Positions 47,532 through 56,600 of a DNA stretch of 64,000 nucleotides are shown piece by piece. A program made the position numbers and the translations under genes. Below the pieces are notes generated by a model. It was given only the letters and a program-made list of their open reading frames with translations. It was not told where the DNA came from and did not search any database. Location: the NCBI GenBank assembly GCA_018897195.1, contig JAHILH010000003.1, forward strand, positions 431 to 64,430, given 5' to 3'. Every line of letters begins with the position of its first letter. The stretch's first letter is position 1. Source of the DNA: Patescibacteria group bacterium (lineage in GTDB: Bacteria > Patescibacteriota > Patescibacteriia > Patescibacteriales > UBA12075).

Positions 47532-48407
47532 TTACAGATTTGTCATCAACCACACGCCGTCAATCTTCTCTATATAAAAACGCACCGGAATTTTTTCCCC
47601 ATTAAAATATACTTCATTGAAGTATGTTTTTTTGGTTTCAGTAGATGATTCGAGTCGAGAGCCAGAGAGGATATTACCAAGCGTGAGACGGCCTTCGGCA
47701 TTGAGGAAGTCGACGGTGTATTCGATAGCTTTTTTCATTGTCGGTATGAAATACTTAACCGCTTCACTCTTATTGCCGTTTCGAATGGCATTAGCGGCTG
47801 CGTTAATCGGATCATTGATACTTGGTGTTTCGACTGGTTGCGCTGGCGTACTGATTTCATTATAAAGTATGCCGACCGGAATTGTTTCAAGATTCTTGTT
47901 GCTGATGCCGAGTCCGAGATTTTTCATAATGGTAAAAGCGTCGCAGGGGCGATTAAGAAAATATCTTCGTTGATCACTTGGATTTACATACCAGGCTTGG
48001 CCGTTTTTTTCGGTTTGTAAAAAAATCTTGCCGAGATGATGAGTTGTAAAAGCGGTATCAATATTAAGTTTGCCTGCGCCGAATGGGTTGTAGTTATTCT
48101 TGATTTCAATTTCATCACTGTAACCATCGCCATCGCTGTCAATTGGCCCTGTCTCAACTCGTGGGACGATTTTATTCAAATCGGCGTTACTAATGCCAAG
48201 GCTGAGTTTTTTCATTAACTCAAAAGCATCTTGTGGGCGACCAAGAAAATAGCGCTTGTTGTCGCCTGGATTAATATACCACGCTTCTCCGTGAGCTTCG
48301 ACTTGAATTAGAATTTGACCAGAAAGTTTAGCGGCAAGACTGGTGTCAGCAAAAGTGCTCAGAGGAAGAAATGATAGGATTGTGATGGCGGTTAGAATTT
48401 TTTTCAT
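47532..48407 (-). CDS. Secreted protein with two GxIxxQxExxGxAWYxNP repeats and a DxDxDG motif
   Basis: Signal peptide; duplicated AWYxNP..RYFL.RP.DAF..M..L.LGISN..L domain; DSDGDG. Confidence 0.8.
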   Translation of the reverse strand: MKKILTAITILSFLPLSTFADTSLAAKLSGQILIQVEAHGEAWYINPGDNKRYFLGRPQDAFELMKKLSLGISNADLNKIVPRVETGPIDSDGDGYSDEIEIKNNYNPFGAGKLNIDTAFTTHHLGKIFLQTEKNGQAWYVNPSDQRRYFLNRPCDAFTIMKNLGLGISNKNLETIPVGILYNEISTPAQPVETPSINDPINAAANAIRNGNKSEAVKYFIPTMKKAIEYTVDFLNAEGRLTLGNILSGSRLESSTETKKTYFNEVYFNGEKIPVRFYIEKIDGVWLMTNL

Positions 48408-48413
48408 ATATTT

Positions 48414-48454
48414 ATTTTAGCACATTTTCTATTTTTTTATAAATTTGGTATAAT
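48414..48454. promoter_or_regulatory. Back-to-back extended -10 promoters, each 6 nt from an ATG
   Basis: Minus strand TGCTAAAAT-AAATAT-ATG; plus strand TGGTATAAT-GTTGAT-ATG. Confidence 0.6.
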
Positions 48455-48460
48455 GTTGAT

Positions 48461-48949
48461 ATGAAGATAAAAAGTAAAAAAGGAATATTGTTGTCATTTT
48501 TTGCATTGTCCATGGTCGGCGCTTATTTTTTTGTAAGTAATTCTGGTAAATTTCATTTATTTCAGGGTGCACAAGCAGTGGGCGGCTTTCCGTATCAGAT
48601 TGGATTGACAACGGTGACGGTAATTCCTTGTTTTACAACCGGCTATCCACCTCTCTGTGAGGGCGGAACGCTTTGTTTAACTAAGGACGCGGCAAGTTGC
48701 ACTTTGTATTCTGACGTGAGCGGGTCACCAGCTGGCGGCATGGGAATGAATGCTTTGTTCTTGAATACGTCTATCGCCCAGGCTGGCCTGACATCAGGCG
48801 GTCAGTTAATTGCTGGTGGCATGTCTAATGTTCTAATGGATAATGGTGTTTTGGCCTCAACTGCTGGTTGTGCCGGTTGTATGGCTAAGGCGAATAAGGT
48901 TGATAAAATAAAAGAGGTATTTGATTATGTAATTGCTTCGTTTAAATAA
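48461..48949 (+). CDS. Small secreted/membrane-anchored Cys- and Gly-rich protein
   Basis: N-terminal hydrophobic segment; six Cys. Confidence 0.7.
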   Translation: MKIKSKKGILLSFFALSMVGAYFFVSNSGKFHLFQGAQAVGGFPYQIGLTTVTVIPCFTTGYPPLCEGGTLCLTKDAASCTLYSDVSGSPAGGMGMNALFLNTSIAQAGLTSGGQLIAGGMSNVLMDNGVLASTAGCAGCMAKANKVDKIKEVFDYVIASFK

Positions 48950-48953
48950 TTTT

Positions 48954-48991
48954 CCCCTCACCCCAACCCTCTCCCGCCAGGGCGAGGGAGA
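48954..48991. repeat. GGGGTGAGG-family REP arm (right, inverted)
   Basis: 36/38 identical to the reverse complement of 47482-47519. Confidence 0.85.
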
Positions 48992-49004
48992 TTGAAAAGT
49001 AACT

Positions 49005-49847
49005 ATGAATTTATTACAAAAAACCCAAAAAATTTGCCAAGAGAATAAAATTGAGCCTGCCCGGTCAAAGGGGCAGAATTTTTTAATTAATGAAGGAGTT
49101 TATGATGATATTATTGTGGCATCCGATTTGCAGGCAGCTGACGTAGTTTTAGAAGTGGGACCTGGTTTGGGGTTTTTGACACGAAAATTAGCGGAAAAGG
49201 TGCAAAAAGTCATTGCCATTGAATTAGACGATGTCCTGGCGGCCTTGTTGGTCAAAAATTTGACCAAGGAAGGGATTAAAAACGTGGAGGTGCGCAATGA
49301 GAACATTCTTGATTTAAACTTGCAGGGCGTGGATTTTGTGGCTAACAAATATAAAATAGTAGCCAATCTTCCATATAATATTACTTCAGTTTTCTTGCGT
49401 CGTTTTTTAGAGACTGACAATCGGCCAGAGTTGATGGTTTTGATGTTGCAAAAAGAAGTGGCTGAGCGGATTATTGCTAAGCCGGGACAGATGAGTATTT
49501 TGGCTAATTCAGTGCAGTTTTTCGCGAATGGTGATATTGTTCAGGTGGTGCCCAAAAATGATTTTTGGCCAGCCCCAAAAGTAGACTCGGCGGTTATTAA
49601 GCTGAAAACATTTGAATCAGTTGAAGATGCGGCTTACCAGAAGCGATTTTTTAGATTGGTAAAGCATGGATTTGTTTCCAAGCGTAAAATGTTAAAGAAT
49701 AATCTGTCGTCCGGATATCATGTGCCTCAAGAAAAGATCTTGCCAGTAATTGAAAAAGTGGGCTTAAATGAAAAAGCACGGGCTCAGGAATTGGCGCTTG
49801 ACGATTGGAAGAGATTGCTTGTCGAAGTGGAGGCAAATATGTTATAA
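49005..49847 (+). CDS. rsmA: 16S rRNA m6,2A dimethyltransferase KsgA
   Basis: GQNFL, LEVGPGLG, VANLPYNIT, QKEVAER and FWPAPKVDS. Confidence 0.96.
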   Translation: MNLLQKTQKICQENKIEPARSKGQNFLINEGVYDDIIVASDLQAADVVLEVGPGLGFLTRKLAEKVQKVIAIELDDVLAALLVKNLTKEGIKNVEVRNENILDLNLQGVDFVANKYKIVANLPYNITSVFLRRFLETDNRPELMVLMLQKEVAERIIAKPGQMSILANSVQFFANGDIVQVVPKNDFWPAPKVDSAVIKLKTFESVEDAAYQKRFFRLVKHGFVSKRKMLKNNLSSGYHVPQEKILPVIEKVGLNEKARAQELALDDWKRLLVEVEANML

Positions 49848-49913
49848 TTATCATAGTTGTTGATAACCCTAACGGAGTCCCTTTGGGTGATTCATATTCA
49901 TAATAAATTCCTC

Positions 49914-50633
49914 ATGCAAGAAGAGCAAAACATCAGAGAAGATGTTGGTGGATTGAATGATAGTAATCAAGTTGTTGATTATAATCAGTATTATTCAAGA
50001 CCACCTTTGAGTAAAGGCCAAAAGATCGCGGTCGCGGTTTTGGCTTTTTTTTCGTTTTTCATAATTATTGCTTGGATGATTCAGTTTAAGCAGGGTATTT
50101 CCGCACCTTTGAGCGGTTCTTCGACTGTGACCAACTCCAATCCGGTAACTACCGATACTGAGGTACCAGCAACTGTGAATATGACCAAGGATACCGATGG
50201 TGATGGCCTGACTGATTACAATGAGCTTAATACTTATAAAACTTCGCCATATTTAGAGGATTCCGATAGTGATGGTTTTAGTGATAAGGTGGAGATTGAT
50301 AGCGGTAAGGATCCGAATTGTCCAACGGGGGCTATTTGTAATGCGGTTGGGACTGATACGATAGCATCGACGACAATAAATGGAGTGCAGAGTAATAATC
50401 CCTTACTAAATTCCGTAGGACAGGAGGCAAATCAATCAGGAGGCAGTCAGCCAATATTGAATTTATCTGCTAGTAGTACCGACACTATTGACGCACAAAA
50501 GGTTTTGGCCGGTCAAGCTGACGCAGCTTCATTGCGCAAGATGTTGCTTCAAGCGGGTATGGATCCGACGGTGCTAGAGAAGATTTCCGATGAGGATTTA
50601 ATGAATAATTATAAACAAACTTTAAATAAGTGA
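49914..50633 (+). CDS. Membrane-anchored protein with TSP3-like DxDxDG Ca-binding repeats
   Basis: TM helix; DTDGDGLTD and DSDSDGFSD; start moved to ATG 49914. Confidence 0.75.
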   Translation: MQEEQNIREDVGGLNDSNQVVDYNQYYSRPPLSKGQKIAVAVLAFFSFFIIIAWMIQFKQGISAPLSGSSTVTNSNPVTTDTEVPATVNMTKDTDGDGLTDYNELNTYKTSPYLEDSDSDGFSDKVEIDSGKDPNCPTGAICNAVGTDTIASTTINGVQSNNPLLNSVGQEANQSGGSQPILNLSASSTDTIDAQKVLAGQADAASLRKMLLQAGMDPTVLEKISDEDLMNNYKQTLNK

Positions 50634-50667
50634 TTTAAAATAGTGAGGGTTTAAATTTGTAAACAAT

Positions 50668-53600
50668 ATGACTACGGAAAATAAAAAAACAATAAAGAAG
50701 AGATTTTGGCAGAGCTTTGTTTTAGGATTTTTTGTTGTTTTTTTATTGTTTGGTCGTGGCAAAAATGTTGCGGCGCTGTTCACTGGAACAGATTTTGCCG
50801 GAGGATCGGTTACAGATATAGCTTCATTGGGCAGCGCAGATCAGGCGGCGTTTGATCAGGCTCTTGGTGCTGGATTGATTAAGGTTGGTGATGATGGGGT
50901 GGTAAAAACTACCCTAAAGGGTGATATGGCTGATGCTGCGTCATGGGCTAGGACTTTTGCAGAACAAAAAACTAGAGATGCTTTGTCGACTCTTAATGCG
51001 AAAACTTTTTGGGCGGCGGCTCAAAAATCTTTAAACACCATTGCTTACGATACAGCTACTTGGATTGGCTCTGGTGGAAAAGGTCAAAAGCCGTTGTTTA
51101 TTACCGAGGGTTGGGATAAGTATTTGGCCAATATTGGTGATAATTTTGCCGGAGAATATATTGAAGCTCTGAGTAAGAAGTGGGATGCTAATCTTTGTAA
51201 CCCTAGCTTTGATATTAAAATTAAAATCTTAGGTGGTTTGTCTGGACCGTATCGGAAGAAAGCGCCGGCTTGTACTTTTACAACAATGAAGAAAAATTGG
51301 GAGTCGGAACTGGCTAGACCGGATTTTCTTAATCGCTTCCAAAATATGTTTGAGCCTAACTCTAATGATTTGGGCATCGCCTTGTCTTTGCAAACTAATT
51401 TAATGGAGGCAAGTGCTAACAAGACTAGATTGGCGGAGGAGAGGGTGAAGAATAAAAAAGGTTGGTTGGACGTTACGGATATAGCTGGCAATTTAACAGG
51501 GCTACCAACTGATCAGATTGTTACGTATCAATTGCAAAAAGATGGAACAACGAGAGCTATTGCTGCCAATACTTTTACAGGAACAATGGTTGACGCGGTT
51601 AATGTCTTTTTAAATCAATTAGCTGCGACCGTATTCAGTAATTTATTAAAAAGTTTAACCGGCGCGCCTGCTACGTCGCCGTACACAGGTGATTATGGCT
51701 TGGTGAATGTTAACGCTGGTGGTGGATCTGGCGGCACTGAAGCAGTCAAGGAGCAGTTTAAGAAGATTATTGAGCCTAATTTTACGGTGCGAGGTGATTA
51801 TGATATTTTGGCTGAATTAACAATATGTCCAGACCCAACTAAGGCGGGACCAACTAATTGTGTAATTACTGATAAATTCCGACAGGCGATTGCGGGTCGG
51901 ATGACAGTGGGAGAGGCAATGGATCAGAAGTATCTTAATCAGGATGCTATTTTTGGATTCAGATTAGATGGCTTAGAGCCGAAATATAACGAAGATTATC
52001 CATATCGTTCCATGATTATTTTGCGCAAATTTAGAATCTTGCCTGTCGGCTGGGAGGTGGCTGCGCAATATATCAAGGATCCTGCAACTGGTACAGGTGT
52101 CAGATCCTTAAAAGATTTAGTCGATTGTTTCTCTGATAATGATGCGCGTAATGGTTATTCAGCTAATTGGTGTAAGGGTTTAGTAGATCCAGATTGGGTT
52201 TTAAAGGCACCCTTGGGTTATTGTAAGAAAGAGGGGTATGGCCCAGAAATATTATCAGAAAATATTACTGGCGAGGGGAGTGCGAGCAAGTTGTCTATTT
52301 CTCGTAATAATAATTATTGCGCCGATGAACAATCTTGTATCAAGGAAAAAGCAGACGGCTCTTGTGATGTTTATGGTTATTGTACTGAAGAAAAGCGTAA
52401 ATGGAATTTTGGCAGCAATTCTTGCGAGCCGATTTATAATACTTGCCAGACCTTCCGCAGTCGTCAAGGTAATACAGTTTCTTATTTGCAAAATGGTTTA
52501 GATTTTAATAATTGTAGCGCGGATGCGGTTGGTTGTAGAGAGTATGCCATGGGCGTTAGTGCTAGTAATGGTTTTTATAATGTTGTAGATAATTCTGTCA
52601 AGTGGAGTTTATCAAGTGCCTCATCAACTTTTAATCGCATCATGAGTGATTGTGACGTTAAGGGTGAAGGTTGTCATCAGTTTATTCGTACGGAAATGAG
52701 CAACGGCGCTAATATTTTTGGCGGTTTTGAGGATTTGTTCGATGCGACTGTTGACGCAACAGCGGCCTTCGGTGACAAGAGTGTGAAATTAACACATGAT
52801 ATTGCCACTACCGTACCGGCCTTTAAGATTGACGTTGATTTGAAGGGTTATTATTATACCTTTTCCGTTTCGGCAAAAAATTGTGGCACCAACGGCGTGA
52901 TTGGAATAGGTGACAGTTTGACTAATTATTCATCGTCCACATTAGAAACAACAGATCAATGGCAACGTTTTGCAGTTTCGCATTATTTTAATAAAGAAAA
53001 TGAAAGTAATGATGGTCGAGTTTGGATAGGCGTTATCGGTGCTGACTATGCAAATTGCTTGATTGATGGCGTAAAAGTGGAAAAGAGTAAGAATCCGACT
53101 GTTTTTAGTGAATATGCACAGGTGGGCGTGATTTATGAAAAATTATTACCAAATTATTTGGAATATGTTTGTTATGATGATCCTGGGTTAAATTATAGCT
53201 TGAAGAGTACAGCACCCGCTATTTGTAATAGTTTTGCACGCAAGTGTAATGCCGAGGAGGTAGGTTGCAAAATGTTTACAGCGACAACGGACAAGATGAC
53301 AATCCCGGCGAGTGTAATACCGACTGATTATTGTGATGCATCCTGTAATGGTTATGACGAATATTTGCAATCAGAGAGTGCTTTTGATTCCCGACGATCG
53401 GCTTATTTGATTCCAACCAAAACCAAGACTTGTGGCGCCGAAGCAGTTGGCTGTGATCAATTTACTAACCTGGACAAGGTCGGTGATAGCGCGCAAAAGG
53501 AAAAAGTTGATCAGTATGGGGCAGAAGCAGTTGAGTATTATAGTGAGCTGAAGCAATGTGTTAAGGCTGGTGATGTAGCTTGCGCTGAATTTTATACCTG

Positions 53601-56600
53601 GGAGGGATCTTCAGAGACTGGTTTTCAATTAAAAGTTCATCAATTAAAGGCTGATAGCGCCACTGATCCGGCGGTTTCTAGTGATTCTCTTTATAATAAT
53701 AAAGTCTGTGATTCAGATACTTATGGAAGCCTAGACAATCCAATGTGTTTCGAGTTCTATAATAAGACGGGAAAAGTATCTTATAAATTTTTGCCGTATA
53801 CAATAGCTTGTAGTGACGATTGTCATCCATATCGCCGCACAGCTGTGAATGTTGACGATAGTATAACGACGCAAGCTGCTTGTGGTAGTGTTATTTGTAC
53901 TGATGAAGGGGCGGACAAGAAAGACAGCTGCTGGGATGCTCTTTTGAGTAATTGCAATGTTTGTTTGAATGGCGGTAAGTGGAGCGTAGCAGGCCAGGCT
54001 TGTATCTATGATGCAATCCCCGGTGAAGGCAAGACTTGTGCAGCGACTCAAGATGGTTGTCGTGAATATAATGGTAATTCAGGAGCCAACGTGCAGATTG
54101 TTTTACAAAGTGATTTCGAGGGTAGTGCTTCCGGATGGCAGGGCCTTGATGGTACTCAGGCGATACTTGATAGTGAGTCATTGAAATCTGGTGAAAATTC
54201 TCTTATGATTACTAACGCTAGCGGTGATACCGGTATTTCTTATGACGTCTCCGATGTTGTTAAGCAAGGCAAATCTTATCATTTAGCTTTCTTGGCTAAA
54301 GGTAAATCAAATTTAGTTAATAAATTTACTAATATTTATTTTGATTCTGGTGTAGCCTCATCATCATTGGCAGTGAATGCCGTGATTAAGACCGATTGGA
54401 ATCTTTATGAATTGAATTTGACTTCATTAGATCATGAAATAAGCGTTGATGAAAAATTACTCATTAAGGCTAATGGCGATTTTTTTATTGATAACATTAT
54501 TCTTACGGAAATTACAGATCGTTATTACTTGATTAAGGGTTCATCGGTTATTCCAGATGTTTGCAATAGTGATATTTTTGGCAATTATCAGGGACCAGAA
54601 TATAATTTGGGTTGTGCTGAATACTCCTCTGAAGGTGATAATAATAAACATTATTTGCGTCAATTTACTAATTTGTGTCAGGAAAGCGCAATCGGTTGTG
54701 AGATGATGATTGATACGCACAATAGTTCCAGTGCAGCTGAGGATAATATTGCCTTTGTTGTTTATAGCAAAGATAAGGAATGCACCAGTGAAGAAAAGGG
54801 CTGTGAACGAATGGGAGAAGTATCTAAATATGATAGCGGTGTTACTGATAGTGTTATTGAGAATTTTTATACTGATGTCTATAAGCTCAATAATCCAGAT
54901 AACGTGCAGGGCAAATGTGCCGCTGATCAGGTCGGTTGTGATGAATGGATATTTGACACGGCGTCGAATAATAATGGTGGGGCATCATTGAGTTATTTCA
55001 AAGACCCCTTTGATATGACTTGCGAATGGCGACAAAAGGCCAGCTCTACCGATTTTGACTGGTATCGAAAAAAGATTAGCCGATGTGGCGGTGTTGAAGA
55101 TGGACATATTTGTAAGAGTGACAAGGATTGTAGCACTGAATTAATGGATGTTAAAAAAACATGTACACTGTTCGATAAGGATATTTCTTGCTATGTCAGT
55201 AGTCAAAAAACAATCGGCTATGGTGGTTACGGTAATATTGTTGACCAGCCAAGTAATTATTGGGTGGGTGCTTGCCCAACTAGTCAATCGACTTGTACTG
55301 AATATATTGACCCTATTTCTAATTTCAGTTCTAATGTTATTTATAATAGTGATTTTTCGCAAGATGTTGATGGTAATCGTGTTGCTGATGGTTGGAGTGA
55401 GAACAAAGAGCAGAGCGTGTCATTGGAACCGAATACTTTGTACACTTTTTCAGTTAAATCTGGTTCTGGTTTTACGGCAAGCGTGACAGCAAGAAATTTA
55501 ACGTTGTTAAATGAAGGCAATTTATTCGCAGCCAGTGGCGCAATTTCTATTACTGTAAACGATGATGCGATTAGTAAATCTTTTTATTCAAATAATTCTA
55601 ATGGCGCCGTTGTTGAAGTTAGTTCTTCTGATGTGGCTTCGGGAAACAGTGTTAGCCTGAAAAAGAGTGTAATTGATTATCAATTAAGTCAAAGCGTTAA
55701 TAGGGATGAATGTAATGGATCCTTGAATCCTAGTAAGGGCTGTGTTTTGTTCAATGAACGAAAGAAGCCGGGAGTTTCGTATAGTGGACTAATTTATGAT
55801 GCCGACACAAGTACAACGACGCTAACCAGTGTGGCTGGGCAGAATGATTCTAATGTTTTATTAAAAGTTTCTCCTGATCGCACCTGTGATGAATGGTTGG
55901 CTTGCAAGAGCTATGTCAAAGATGAGAATAATAATAATGTTTGCTACGGTGTTGGCTTATGTGATAGCATTGGCGCTAATAATGACTGCAACAATTTTAT
56001 CGTTCCCGATAGTAAAAACCAGCAAGCAATCTCATCTAATTTTAGTAAATATCAAAATGCTTCAGGTTATTCCGAAGTTGGTGTCGTTAATAATACTTTG
56101 AAAAAAGATATGTTGCCATTAGCGTCTATGACTCAAAATGGAGGCATGACAGTGGTTCCCAATGGTGATTTTGAAAGAAGCGCTAGTAAATATCCGCTTG
56201 GTTGGAGTCCTTCTAATGATCTGGCATGGACGAATAATTTATTTTCCGTGGTCGATAATCCTATCACCGCTCAGACCGAAGGTATTAAATATGCCGGCAA
56301 AGGTAAAGCCTTTTTGAAATATTCGCCAGCAGCGGGAAATATGGAATCTGATTTTATTGACGTTGATCCTGGCGAAAACTACTATTTATCAGCCGATATT
56401 AACACGCTTAATTTCTTTTCCAAGGGAAATGTTCCGCTTTCATTTTATATTAGAATCCAAACATTTAGCAGCGCCGGTGTTTTTATAAATTCTTTTGATC
56501 CGATTGTTTTCGCCAATGGCAAGGATTGGAGCCAGGTTGTTAGTAATTTTTGGGTTAATAATAATGTTCATCGCATAAAAATAGAGTTTTTGGGTTGGGT

